From positions 113,546 to 177,545 of the forward strand of contig JBBISH010000001.1 of assembly GCA_037441385.1 (NCBI GenBank): DNA of 64,000 nt, read 5' to 3'. Positions within the stretch are counted from its first letter, which is position 1, and each line of letters starts with the position of its first letter. A model generated the notes under the pieces. The model was not told the origin of the DNA. It did not search any database and was given only the letters and a program-made list of their open reading frames with translations. Made by a program: the position numbers and the translations under genes. The stretch comes from Myxococcales bacterium. GTDB taxonomy: Bacteria; Myxococcota_A; UBA9042. Shown one piece after another: positions 42,216 through 52,180 of this stretch.

Positions 42216-42950
42216 ATGACCACGGACGACAAGGCGATTCATTCCAGCCGCGCCGTCACCTGCTTTGCCTGTGGCGGCCGCGAGCGCTCGGAGTGGTGCG
42301 ACCTGGACGGCCCGGACCTGCGCCTGCTCAACCAGGTCAAGGTCTGCAACCAGTACTTGCCCGGCCAGACGATCTTCTATCAGGGCAATCCCTGCTTGGG
42401 TCTGTACTGCATCGAAAGTGGAACCGTGGCGATTCGCAAGACCGATGCCAGCGGCAACTCGGTGATCGTGCGCCTGGCTCACGCTGGCGACACCTTGGGC
42501 TACCGCTCGTTCTTTGCGGGCGAGCCCTACCGCGGTTCCGCCGACGCGCTGGTGCCGACGCGGGTCTGCTTTGTCGATCGGGCCGCGCTGCGGCAGCTGT
42601 TGGAGCGCAATCCCGTCGTGGGCTACTCGTTCTTGAAGCACATGGCGCGCGACCTGGAAGAGGCGGAAGAGGCCAAGCTGCATGCGGCCGCCCTGCCCGT
42701 GCGGGCCCGGTTGGCGCATTTGCTGCTCGTGCTGAAAGAGCGATTTGGCCACGCGGCGCCTGACGGCACCCTGCACATCGAATTGCCGTTGTCGCGCCAG
42801 GACATGGCCGCTATGGTCGGCACCCGGCCCGAGACGATTGCCCGGGCAGTTCGCGGCTTTGAAGAAGACCACGTCGCCCATTTCCAGGGCCGCGCGGTGG
42901 TTGTGCCCGACCTGGATCGCCTGCTGGACGAGCTGGAAAGTCCTGCGTAG
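42216..42950 (+). CDS. Crp/Fnr family regulator with N-terminal Cys cluster (FNR-like)
   Basis: CFAC-x8-C, cNMP-like domain, HTH LSRQDMAAMVGTRPETIAR. Confidence 0.92.
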   Translation: MTTDDKAIHSSRAVTCFACGGRERSEWCDLDGPDLRLLNQVKVCNQYLPGQTIFYQGNPCLGLYCIESGTVAIRKTDASGNSVIVRLAHAGDTLGYRSFFAGEPYRGSADALVPTRVCFVDRAALRQLLERNPVVGYSFLKHMARDLEEAEEAKLHAAALPVRARLAHLLLVLKERFGHAAPDGTLHIELPLSRQDMAAMVGTRPETIARAVRGFEEDHVAHFQGRAVVVPDLDRLLDELESPA

Positions 42951-42951
42951 T

Positions 42952-43140
42952 CTACTGTTTTTCAGCCGGCTCGTTGGTCTCGTCCCGCTTGGGCGGCTGT
43001 GGGTCGTCGTCGTGCAACATGCGCATGCCGGGGGTCGACAAGTCGTCGAACTGGCCACGCCGGACCGCCCACAGAAAAGTCGCGACCGCACCGGCTGACA
43101 TCAACAGTGCAATCGGAATCACCACATACAAGACGGACAT
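42952..43140 (-). CDS. ccoS: cbb3 oxidase assembly protein CcoS
   Basis: MSVLYVVIPIAL...FLWAVRRGQFDD; TGATG overlap with ccoI. Confidence 0.93.
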   Translation of the reverse strand: MSVLYVVIPIALLMSAGAVATFLWAVRRGQFDDLSTPGMRMLHDDDPQPPKRDETNEPAEKQ

Positions 43141-45608
43141 CAGCGACTCCGCGGCTTGGTGGGCTCCGCAGGCAACGCGAACGTGCGGCTGCGGAACGAA
43201 CTCGACACGACCGTGAGCGAGCTCAACGGCATCAGGATGGCGGCTACCAGCGGATGCAGCAAGCCCGTCATGGCCAGGGCCGTGCCAACCAAGTTGTAAA
43301 CCAGCGAAAATAGGATATTTCGCTTGATGACGGCCACCGTGCGCCGCGCACCCAGTAGCAGCTCGACCACCGCACCCAGGCCGGGCCGGGTCACAAAAGC
43401 GTCGCAGGCCTGCAGGCTTGCCTCGGCTCCCCCGTGCACGCTGATGCCGACCGTAGCTGCGGCCAAGGCAGCGGCGTCGTTGACCCCGTCGCCCACCATG
43501 ACCACGCCGCCGCGGTCCTTGCAGGCCTGCACGGCGGCCAGCTTGTCCTCGGGCGTGGCCGCACCGCGACAATCGCCAGGAAGAATCCCAAGTTGCCGGC
43601 CCACGGCGGCCACGACGCTGGGGTGGTCGCCCGACAGGATCCCCACTTCGCAGCCCAAGCGCCGCAGCTCGGCGATCGCCGCGGCCGCATCGGGGCGCAG
43701 CGGATCACCAAACCCCAGTGCGCCAACCACCGCGCCATCCACGGCCACGAGCACCGGCGTAATGCCATCGCTCGCCCAGGTTCCGGCCAAATCCCGATAC
43801 GTGTCGCCGCCTTGCTCGGTGCCCACCCAGGCCAACGAGCCCACGCGTACGGTCCGCCCCTGCACAACCCCGCGGACACCGCCGCCCACGGTCTGCTGCA
43901 CGTCCACGGCGTCGAGCTCGGCTAGGTCGGGCCAAGCCTGCACCACCGCGCGAGCTAGGGGGTGGGAACTGTGCCGCTCCACAGCCAAGAGCAGCGGACG
44001 GTACTCGTCGGCCAGCTCGGCGCGCAGCAACTCGGTGCGCCCCTGGGTCAGCGTGCCGGTCTTGTCGAACCACACGCGCGACGGCTTGCTCAGCCGCTCG
44101 ACCACGTCGCCGCCCTTGACAAAGATGCCCAGACGCGCGGCCCGGCCCACAGCGGCGTGCACGGCCAGCGGCGTGGCCAGTCCCAGCGCACACGGACAGG
44201 TGACGATCAGTAGCGCAACCGTGTGGTCCAGCGCCAGACTGGGATCCAGCAGCCACCAGACCACTGCGGTGACCGCGGCCAGCGCCAGCACGACGGCCAC
44301 AAAGCGCCCCACGATGGCATCGGCCAGGGCCACGATCGGCGCGCGCCGCCGCGAGGCCTCTTCTACCGCCTGCATCAGCTTGCCGACACGGGTCAATTCG
44401 CCGGTCCGCTCCACCCGCTGCCGCAGCATGCCCGCCACATTCAGCGTGCCGGCGTGCACCAAGTCGCCCGGACCGACCTCGACCGGTCGCGACTCGCCCG
44501 TGAGCACGGACGCATCGATGGCCGACTGGCCCTCGACCACCTCGCCGTCGGCGGGAACGGTCTCGCCCGAGCGGACTTCCACGATGTCGCCGGCCGTCAG
44601 GCGCTCCAGCGCCACATCGCGCACCTGACCATCGGCCCCGACGAGGTGCGCCTGAGCCGGTGCCAGCGAAAACAGCAACTCGGCGGCATCACTGGCCTCG
44701 CGCCGCTGCCGCTGCTGCACCCACCGGCCCACCAGCAGGAGGAAGATAAGCGAGGCCACGGAGTCGAAATACACCTCGCCCTGGCCGCGCACCACGTTGA
44801 TCGCACCGCCCAAGAAGCCCGCAGAAAGGCCAATCGCAATCGGCAGATCCATGTGCAGCGCCCGCCCGCGCAGGGCCGTCCAGGCGCCACTAAAAAACGG
44901 CCTCGCGGCCCACAGAATCGACGGCAGCGTGATGAACATCGACGCCCAGCGAAACAACTGGGTCGTGTCGGCGTCCATGTCGGCGAACCAGCCGGCCCAC
45001 AGCGACACGGACAAGATCATCACGTTGCCGCTGACGGCCCAAGCGGCACCCATGCGAATCAGGAGAGTCCGCTCTTCTTGCAGGCGCAGTCGCCGCCGCT
45101 CGGCCCCGCGATAGGGGTGGGGCGGGTAGCCAAAGCGGTCCAACGTGCGGGCGATCTCGGCCAGGCTGACCACCTTGGGGTCCCACACGACCTCGGCCGA
45201 CGCGCGATGCAAGTCCAGGCGCGCATGGACGACGCCAGGCACCACCTGGCTCAGTCGCTCGACGATCCACACGCAGGCCGAGCAGTGCACCCCTTCCAGG
45301 AACAGCTCGACTTGCGCGAGACCGGCTGGCAATTCACGGACATACAGCGCAGCAAAACTGGGATCGCCCAGCTCGGCATAGTTGCGGCCACTGGCCCGCG
45401 TGACCACCACCGGCCCACCGCCGGCTTGCCGCAGCTGGTAGTACCGCTCCAGGCCCGCGCCTTGAATCGCCGCGTATACGGTTTCGCAGCCGTGGCAGCA
45501 GAATTGCAGCTCGCTGCCCGCCACTAGCAAGCCCGGTGGCACCGGCAACTGGCAGTGGCTGCAGGGCACGATCGAGCAGACGCCTTCCTGCGGCGCGTCA
45601 CTCGCCAT
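43140..45608 (-). CDS. ccoI: Heavy-metal (Cu) P1B-type ATPase CcoI/FixI
   Basis: CSHC/CCHGC N-domain, CSAC HMA, TGES, CPC, DKTGT, GDGVNDA. Confidence 0.93.
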   Translation of the reverse strand: MASDAPQEGVCSIVPCSHCQLPVPPGLLVAGSELQFCCHGCETVYAAIQGAGLERYYQLRQAGGGPVVVTRASGRNYAELGDPSFAALYVRELPAGLAQVELFLEGVHCSACVWIVERLSQVVPGVVHARLDLHRASAEVVWDPKVVSLAEIARTLDRFGYPPHPYRGAERRRLRLQEERTLLIRMGAAWAVSGNVMILSVSLWAGWFADMDADTTQLFRWASMFITLPSILWAARPFFSGAWTALRGRALHMDLPIAIGLSAGFLGGAINVVRGQGEVYFDSVASLIFLLLVGRWVQQRQRREASDAAELLFSLAPAQAHLVGADGQVRDVALERLTAGDIVEVRSGETVPADGEVVEGQSAIDASVLTGESRPVEVGPGDLVHAGTLNVAGMLRQRVERTGELTRVGKLMQAVEEASRRRAPIVALADAIVGRFVAVVLALAAVTAVVWWLLDPSLALDHTVALLIVTCPCALGLATPLAVHAAVGRAARLGIFVKGGDVVERLSKPSRVWFDKTGTLTQGRTELLRAELADEYRPLLLAVERHSSHPLARAVVQAWPDLAELDAVDVQQTVGGGVRGVVQGRTVRVGSLAWVGTEQGGDTYRDLAGTWASDGITPVLVAVDGAVVGALGFGDPLRPDAAAAIAELRRLGCEVGILSGDHPSVVAAVGRQLGILPGDCRGAATPEDKLAAVQACKDRGGVVMVGDGVNDAAALAAATVGISVHGGAEASLQACDAFVTRPGLGAVVELLLGARRTVAVIKRNILFSLVYNLVGTALAMTGLLHPLVAAILMPLSSLTVVSSSFRSRTFALPAEPTKPRSR

Positions 45609-46413
45609 GCGCTGGGTTCTCTTCCAGTTCGGGGTGCTTGCCGTGGCAGCACGATCCCTCTTCGCCTTTCTCGATCTTGTCCAGCTGCTCGGAGGCGCTG
45701 CGTGCGCCCATCGCGGTCGCCTTGGGCGAGCCCGGGATCTGAGGCAGCGCAGCGCGATGCGTCACGGCCAACATCCCCACCACCACCAGCGCCACCGCCG
45801 AAAGCTTGGGTAGGTGCGCCCGCAGCGGCCCGGCCAATTGCTGCACACCCACACCCAGGCCCACCAACAGGGGCACGGTGCCCAACCAGAACGCCGCCAT
45901 GGCCAGCGCGCCGTAGCCCGCGTGACCGGTACCCGCGGCCGTGACCACAAAGGCATACAGCCAACCGCACGGCAACAGGGCCGAGGCCAGGCCCAGCAAA
46001 CCGGCGCGCAAGACCGGCGGCTTACCCTGAAGCTTGCGCATCACCGCACCGTAGGCCCGTAGAATCCGTTGGGGAACGGGCGCAGCTGGCAAGCGCAGCC
46101 CCAAGGCCCGCGCCAGGGCCACCGCGCCCCACAGCACCATCACCGAGCCGGCCAGAACCGCCGCGGCCGCCTGCACGCCGGCCAGGTTGCCCGCCAAGTT
46201 CAGGGCCCCGCCCAAGCCGCCCGCCAGCGCCCCCAGCAAGACGTACGTCAAGCCACGGCCGCCGTGGTAGGCTAGATGCGGAAAACTTTTGGCGAAACCG
46301 CGAGCATCGTTGCCGGTGCCGGCGTAGAAGGCCACAAAGCCGCCGCACATGCCCGCGCAGTGGGTACTGCCGACCAGGCTGGCGACGAGGACGGTGGAGA
46401 TCAGTGAAAACAT
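45598..46413 (-). CDS. TauE/SafE / DsbD_2 family membrane protein (cbb3 accessory)
   Basis: STHCAGMCGG, LLPCGWLY, FWLGTVP. Confidence 0.88.
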   Translation of the reverse strand: MFSLISTVLVASLVGSTHCAGMCGGFVAFYAGTGNDARGFAKSFPHLAYHGGRGLTYVLLGALAGGLGGALNLAGNLAGVQAAAAVLAGSVMVLWGAVALARALGLRLPAAPVPQRILRAYGAVMRKLQGKPPVLRAGLLGLASALLPCGWLYAFVVTAAGTGHAGYGALAMAAFWLGTVPLLVGLGVGVQQLAGPLRAHLPKLSAVALVVVGMLAVTHRAALPQIPGSPKATAMGARSASEQLDKIEKGEEGSCCHGKHPELEENPAHGE

Positions 46414-46434
46414 GGATCTTCCCTGGTAGCCGCG

Positions 46435-47028
46435 CTAGCGCGTCGCTTCCACGTGCTGCTGCCACGTGTACAGGTCTTGGCCGCGGTGGAATTGCAGCTC
46501 TACGTCGTGGATGCCGGGGCGCGCCGCCGCAAACGGTAGCTCGTACCAGCCGGGCGCCACTTCCGTGCCTGCCAGAGCCTGCATGGTCTGGCCGCCGGTC
46601 AAAGCACCAATCCGCGCACTGAGTTGCGCGCCCTGCAGCGGCGCCCCATGGGCGTCTTTGAGCTGCACGCGCCACGCACCCTGCCCCACCGGCATGGGCT
46701 TGACCGCCACCTGCCAGCCCAGCTCGCTATTGTGGGCGACCTGTTTGGCGTGCTGGTCCCAGTCCAGCGCCTTCTTGTAGTAGTCCTTTTCGGCGGTAAA
46801 ACCAGGGTCGGCCAGGGCTTCAAACACAAGCCAACCACCAAAAATCATAGGGATCACCAGCAGAGCCACCACGAACAGCGGCCACTGCCAACCCGCCGCC
46901 CGCTCGCGGCGAGCCTGCGCGACTTGCCGTGCCGCCTCTAGCGCCAGGTTGCCGTCGTCACCGGTTCGGTTGGCGACGAAGCCAGCGGTCCCACCAGCTT
47001 TTCCACCATGATCTTGCCCAGTATGCAT
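46435..47028 (-). CDS. ccoH: FixH/CcoH family protein
   Basis: WPLFVVALL, KDYYKKALDW, LGWQ; position in the cco cluster; start uncertain. Confidence 0.8.
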   Translation of the reverse strand: MHTGQDHGGKAGGTAGFVANRTGDDGNLALEAARQVAQARRERAAGWQWPLFVVALLVIPMIFGGWLVFEALADPGFTAEKDYYKKALDWDQHAKQVAHNSELGWQVAVKPMPVGQGAWRVQLKDAHGAPLQGAQLSARIGALTGGQTMQALAGTEVAPGWYELPFAAARPGIHDVELQFHRGQDLYTWQQHVEATR

Positions 47029-47120
47029 CTATCGCCCCACCCAGACCGGCCGCCCGCCCAGACGACCCTGCAATGCTACCACAGCGGCGCCACGCCGGAC
47101 CTGTGCCAGCGCCAAGCCCG

Positions 47121-48527
47121 CTAGGGACCTAGCAATTTGAACACAATGGTCTTTTCCAGTGTCTCGCCGTCGCCCACCACCACTTCGAGGTCGCGGCGCT
47201 TGCCGATGGCCGCCGCCTTGCCGATCACGAACATGCCCTCTGTGCGCAGTTCGCCGGCTTTGACCGGAATCGGGTTGTTTGGCGCCACCAACTGGAGATC
47301 GCCGGCATTCTTCAAGGTCACCTGGTACAGGTGATCGCTGCCGCTGTGATTGTGAATCTTGACGCGCATGGTGTTTTGCACGCTGCCGTCGTCCATCACC
47401 ACAAAGGGCGCGGCAATGCCGCGCAGCACGGTCACTTCGGCGTTGGTGCGCCGCGACAGGGCCAGCAGGAACAGGCCGCCGATGATCAGCAGACCCAGGG
47501 GGTACAGCGCCGTGCGCACCCGCAGCAGGTGGTGGCGCGCGGTCAGCGGAACCTTGTCCTCGATCTCTTGCTGCGCGCCGTAGCGGATCAGCCCGCGCGG
47601 CTTCTTGATCTTGTCCATCACCGCATCGCAGGCGTCGATGCACTGGGTGCACGAGATGCACTCGAGCTGCAGGCCCTGGCGGATGTCGATGCCCGTGGGG
47701 CAAGTCCGCACGCAGGCGCCACAATCCACGCAGTCGCCCACCGCCGGTGCACCGATCGACAGGTCGGCCGTGGCTTTCTTCTGCAGCTTGCCGCGGGGTT
47801 CGCCGCGGTTGACGTCGTACAAGACCACCAGCGAGCGCTTGTCGAGCAGCACGGATTGCAGGCGGGCGTACGGGCAGGCCACCACGCACATCTGGTCGCG
47901 GAACCAGGCAAAATCGATGAACATCATCACGCTGGTGATACCAACCACCGCAAAGCCTTCCGGGTGCTCGGCCGGCGGGCTCAGCACCCAGTGCCACAAC
48001 TGCCCCACCGGCACAAAATAGGCCAGGAACACGTTGGCCAGCAGGACCGACAGCACGGCGTAGATCGCGTACTTCAGCAGGCGGCGCGGCGCAAACTTCT
48101 GCTTATCGAGCTTTTCTTGCTCCTTGATGCTGCCCTCGATCAAACGCTCGATCGGCCGGAACAGGAATTCCATGTACACGGTCTGCGGGCAGCCCCAGCC
48201 GCACCATGCGCGACCGAACAGCGCGGTGATGAGGAAGATCGATAGGAAGATGCCCAGCAGACCCAGCATCAGCAGCACGGTGTCCGTGGCCAGCAAGGTC
48301 GCGCCAAAGAAGGTGAATTCCCGGCGCGGCAGGTCCAGCAGGATCGAAGGCTTGCCGCCGACTTGGATGAGCGGCAGCGCAACGAACAGCGCAATCAGCA
48401 GCCATCCCGTGATGAGCCGGCGCTTCCAGAAGTCGCCAGCTGCCACCACCGGCCGCATCCAACGGCGCGATCCGTCTACGTTCAGGGTCGATAGGACACG
48501 TTCTTCGGGGGTCTGGAAGTCGCTCAT
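47121..48527 (-). CDS. ccoG: Cytochrome c oxidase accessory protein CcoG/FixG
   Basis: GRAWCGWGCPQT, CPYARLQ, two ferredoxin CxxCxxC motifs. Confidence 0.96.
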   Translation of the reverse strand: MSDFQTPEERVLSTLNVDGSRRWMRPVVAAGDFWKRRLITGWLLIALFVALPLIQVGGKPSILLDLPRREFTFFGATLLATDTVLLMLGLLGIFLSIFLITALFGRAWCGWGCPQTVYMEFLFRPIERLIEGSIKEQEKLDKQKFAPRRLLKYAIYAVLSVLLANVFLAYFVPVGQLWHWVLSPPAEHPEGFAVVGITSVMMFIDFAWFRDQMCVVACPYARLQSVLLDKRSLVVLYDVNRGEPRGKLQKKATADLSIGAPAVGDCVDCGACVRTCPTGIDIRQGLQLECISCTQCIDACDAVMDKIKKPRGLIRYGAQQEIEDKVPLTARHHLLRVRTALYPLGLLIIGGLFLLALSRRTNAEVTVLRGIAAPFVVMDDGSVQNTMRVKIHNHSGSDHLYQVTLKNAGDLQLVAPNNPIPVKAGELRTEGMFVIGKAAAIGKRRDLEVVVGDGETLEKTIVFKLLGP

Positions 48528-48661
48528 CGTGGCACGCTCGCCTTGGGACGCGGTCTAGGTTGCCGGCCAGGTGTCGTCCACACCGTCGAATTCGGTGCGG
48601 GATGCCGCCAACGGCCAGGGCAGGCGCCCCATTTCGCAACCAACCTTCTGGTCAGAACCAT

Positions 48662-48675
48662 TTGATACTGAACAA
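48662..48675. promoter_or_regulatory. FNR-like box upstream of ccoG (TTGAT-ACTG-AACAA)
   Basis: One mismatch to TTGAT-N4-ATCAA, in the ccoP-ccoG gap. Confidence 0.65.
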
Positions 48676-48802
48676 AGTTTCAGCACTGACGCGGAAGGCT
48701 GGTCCTCCGTGACTTGGGAGCCACGGCAGGCCCTGTGGGTTCGCAGGGCGGTGATCCGCCCCCGGCGCTGGCGTCGGCAACCGGGGGCAGACCACGGGAA
48801 CG

Positions 48803-49507
48803 CTACAGCTTGGCGGGCTCGGGCGCGGCAGGCGTGGGCGCGGGCGCGGGAACAGCCGCCGGATCGGCGGCCGGGGTGGCCGCTGCCGGGGCCGGCGCCG
48901 CAGCGGGAGCCGGGACTGCAGCCGGGGTGGGAGCCGGTACGGGCGCGGCGTCGTCCGCCTCGACCGTGCCCTGCGGGGCCTTGCCGGCTACGTTGGTGTT
49001 GCGGAGCGACAGGACAAAGGCCGCGGCGGCCTTGATCTCGTCGGTCTTCAAGGTCAGGCGCCACGCGGGCATGCCCTTGCTCTGCACACCGTTGCCGATG
49101 GTCTTGAAGACCTGGCCCGGCTTGCCACCGTGGATCCACGCGTTATCGGTCAGGTTCGGACCGATCTTGCCTTCGGCCTTGTCGCCGTGGCAGACGGCGC
49201 AGCGCTCTTTGAAGATCGCGGCACCCTTGTCGATCAACGCCTTGTCGCCGGCAAAAGCCTTGACGTCGCCGTCGCTCAGGTCCGGCAGCTTGAACTGCGC
49301 GTACTTGATATCGGCTTCTTTGATTTCGTTCTCGTACTCCTGGTAGCGGTTTTGGCCCATGCCCAGCAGCTGGTAGTAGCCCCAGTAGCCGGCGGCGAAC
49401 ACGATGGTCAGCCAAACAAGGCCGTCCACCAGCCTTGGCAGGGGGTTGTCGTACTCCTGGATGCCATCGTAGTTATGTTCCAGCAAGCGGTCGTCGCGGT
49501 CAGCCAT
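48803..49507 (-). CDS. ccoP: cbb3 oxidase subunit III CcoP (monoheme)
   Basis: HNYDGIQEYDNPLP, single CAVCH, GPNLTD, GMPAW. Confidence 0.93.
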   Translation of the reverse strand: MADRDDRLLEHNYDGIQEYDNPLPRLVDGLVWLTIVFAAGYWGYYQLLGMGQNRYQEYENEIKEADIKYAQFKLPDLSDGDVKAFAGDKALIDKGAAIFKERCAVCHGDKAEGKIGPNLTDNAWIHGGKPGQVFKTIGNGVQSKGMPAWRLTLKTDEIKAAAAFVLSLRNTNVAGKAPQGTVEADDAAPVPAPTPAAVPAPAAAPAPAAATPAADPAAVPAPAPTPAAPEPAKL

Positions 49508-49739
49508 GGCCCACCTCCGTAGTGGTGCGTTCGCCCTGTGGGGCGGCTTGGTTCTTTGCGTCGGCGGGCACCAGACGGTCTTGGTCCAGAGGCATGGTGC
49601 CCCCACGCTCCATCGTCTGGCGATTGCGCGCCGAGAAGGTCCAGATGACTTGGGCGATGTAGACTGCGATGAACAGCACCATTGCTGCCACCGTCCAGCC
49701 CCACAGCCCCGTGTGGCTCATGATGTCACTGAGCCTCAC
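49500..49739 (-). CDS. ccoQ: cbb3 oxidase subunit IV CcoQ
   Basis: Single TM helix ending in MPL; GTGA overlap with the ccoNO stop. Confidence 0.78.
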   Translation of the reverse strand: MRLSDIMSHTGLWGWTVAAMVLFIAVYIAQVIWTFSARNRQTMERGGTMPLDQDRLVPADAKNQAAPQGERTTTEVGHG

Positions 49740-52018
49740 AGCGCACCTCCGCGCGCCGCCGGAGTGGGCTCCGCTTGCGTGACCGGCCCGCCCTCGGCGC
49801 CCTTGGCGGCCTTGGTGTCGGGCTTTTGCTGGATGTCGGTACCCAGGCGCTGCAGGTAGGCGATGAGCGCAGTGATCTTCTTGCCTTCCAAGCCCTTGGG
49901 GCCGCCGTCCTTCTCGATGGCGTCGGCGATTTCCTTGGCCTGGGTGCGGGCGGCCGCTTCGGCCTTGCCTTGCAGGACGTTTTCGCCGTAGGGCACGCCC
50001 AGCATCGCCATGGCGTCCACGCTCTTTTGCACCAGCGGCCAGTCCAACTCGTCGCTGAGCAGCCACGGGAAGGGCGGCATCACCGAATCCTTGGTCACGG
50101 TGGCGGGCGCTTCCATGTGGCGGACGTGCCACAGGTGCGGGTACTTGCCGCCCACGCGGTGCAGATCCGGACCGATGCGGCGCGAGCCCCACTGGAACGG
50201 GTGGTCGTAGACGAACTCGCCCGGCTTGCTGTACTCGCCGTAACGCTCGGTCTCAGCGCGGAACGGACGGACCATCTGCGAGTGGCAGTTGTAGCAGCCT
50301 TCCGAGATGTAGATCTCGCGACCGGCCAGCTCCAGCGGCGTGTACGGCTTGACGGTGGCGATGGTCGGGATGTTCGACTGGATGAGGAACGTGGGGATGA
50401 TCTCGAACAGCGAGGCAGAGATGACGGCCAGGGCGGTCAAGACGATGAACAGCAGCGCCTTGCGCTCCCACACGCGGTGCCAGCCGTAGCTGAAGAAGCC
50501 GCCTTCGCTGGCGTGATCGTCGGTCCAGGCCGGATCGAGCGCAGGGGCTTCGCCCACCACGTCGGCGTAGGTGGCCGGGCGGGCCATCCAGGTCTTGAGC
50601 AGGTTGTAGGCGCCCAGGCAGACGCCGGCAAAGAACAGCGTGCCGCCGACGATACGCAGGTAGTACATCGGCATCAGCTTCATCACGGTCTCGACGAAGT
50701 CGGGGTACTGCAGACGGCCCGTCTCGTCAAAGGCGCGCCACATCAGGCCCTGGGTCACGCCCGCGGTGTACATGGGGATGATGTAAAGCAGGATGCCCAC
50801 GGTGCCCAGCCAGAAGTGCAGTTCCGCCAGCTTCTTGCTGTGCAGCTTGGTCTGGAACAGGCGGGGAGCCAGCCAGTACAGCATGCCGAACGAGATGAAG
50901 CCGTTCCAACCCAGCGCGCCGCTGTGGACGTGGGCGATGGTCCAGTCGGTGTAGTGCGATAGCGAGTTGACGGCCTTGACCGACAGCATCGGGCCTTCGA
51001 ACGTGGACATGCCGTAGAACGTCACGCCGGCGACAAAGAACTTGAGGACCGGGTCCTCGGTCACTTTGTTCCAGGCGCCGCGCAGGGTCAGCAGGCCGTT
51101 GATCATGCCGCCCCAGCTGGGCATCCACAGCATGACCGAGAAGACCATGCCCAGGGTCGAGGCCCACTCGGGCAGCGCGGTGTAGTGGAGGTTGTGCGGA
51201 CCGGCCCACATGTAGATGAAGACCAGCGACCAGAAGTGCAGGATCGACAGCTTGTACGAGAACACCGGGCGCTCGGCCGCCTTGGGCATGAAGTAGTACA
51301 TCAAGCCCAGGAACGGCGTGGTCAAGAAGAACGCCACGGCGTTGTGGCCGTACCACCACTGCATGAAGGCGTCTTGCAGGCCCGCGTACAGCGAGTAGCT
51401 TTTCATCGGGCCGGCCGGGACTTCCAGCGAGTTGAAGATGTGCAGCACGGCGACAGCGACGATGCACGAGATGTAGAACCAGATCGCCACGTACAGGTGC
51501 CGCTCGCGGCGCTTGTAGATGGTGCCGAACAGGTTGATCGCAAAGGCCACCCACACCACCGCGATCGCGATGTCGATCGGCCACTCCAACTCGGCGTATT
51601 CCTTGCCGGTGGTGATGCCGAAGGGCAGCGTCAGGGCCGCCGAGACAATGATGGCCTGCCAGCCCCAGAAGTGGAACCAGCTGATGCCGTCGCTGAACAT
51701 GCGGGTCTTGAGCAGCCGCTGCGACGAATAGTAGACGCCCGTAAAAATCGCGTTGCCCGCAAAGGCGAAAATCACCGCGTTGGTGTGCAACGGGCGCAGG
51801 CGGCCAAAGTGCAGCCACCCCACATTCAGGGCCGGAAACGCCAACTGCGAGGCGATGATCAGGCCGACCAACATGCCGACGATCGCCCACACGACCGTGG
51901 CGGCGGCAAAAGCCCGCACTACGGCGTCGTCGTAGACGAAACGCTCCAGGCGGCTTCCGGGCGGCGAACTGGAGGCGGCCGAAGCGGACGCATCCGTGAT
52001 TACAGCGGAATTGCTCAT
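49736..52018 (-). CDS. ccoN: Fused cbb3-type oxidase subunits I/II (CcoN-CcoO); one CuB ligand reads Asn
   Basis: GRLRPLHTN, QWWYGHNAV, GPHNLHY, AHVHSG; CcoO part CYNCHSQ, WGSRRIGPDL, SVMP. Confidence 0.96.
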   Translation of the reverse strand: MSNSAVITDASASAASSSPPGSRLERFVYDDAVVRAFAAATVVWAIVGMLVGLIIASQLAFPALNVGWLHFGRLRPLHTNAVIFAFAGNAIFTGVYYSSQRLLKTRMFSDGISWFHFWGWQAIIVSAALTLPFGITTGKEYAELEWPIDIAIAVVWVAFAINLFGTIYKRRERHLYVAIWFYISCIVAVAVLHIFNSLEVPAGPMKSYSLYAGLQDAFMQWWYGHNAVAFFLTTPFLGLMYYFMPKAAERPVFSYKLSILHFWSLVFIYMWAGPHNLHYTALPEWASTLGMVFSVMLWMPSWGGMINGLLTLRGAWNKVTEDPVLKFFVAGVTFYGMSTFEGPMLSVKAVNSLSHYTDWTIAHVHSGALGWNGFISFGMLYWLAPRLFQTKLHSKKLAELHFWLGTVGILLYIIPMYTAGVTQGLMWRAFDETGRLQYPDFVETVMKLMPMYYLRIVGGTLFFAGVCLGAYNLLKTWMARPATYADVVGEAPALDPAWTDDHASEGGFFSYGWHRVWERKALLFIVLTALAVISASLFEIIPTFLIQSNIPTIATVKPYTPLELAGREIYISEGCYNCHSQMVRPFRAETERYGEYSKPGEFVYDHPFQWGSRRIGPDLHRVGGKYPHLWHVRHMEAPATVTKDSVMPPFPWLLSDELDWPLVQKSVDAMAMLGVPYGENVLQGKAEAAARTQAKEIADAIEKDGGPKGLEGKKITALIAYLQRLGTDIQQKPDTKAAKGAEGGPVTQAEPTPAARGGAL

Positions 52019-52180
52019 CTTTCTACCCTTGGTTGCTGTTCGAGGCGGTTTGAACTGGGCCCACGCCCGCATCGAGCAGTTCTTTGCAATCACCGGCAGT
52101 GCGGCGCACCCCTTGCGCCCTGCCCTTTGGCCACCCGGCGCGCACAGGGCCGCGCCAGGATTCCTTGCCGTCGGCCCCCC

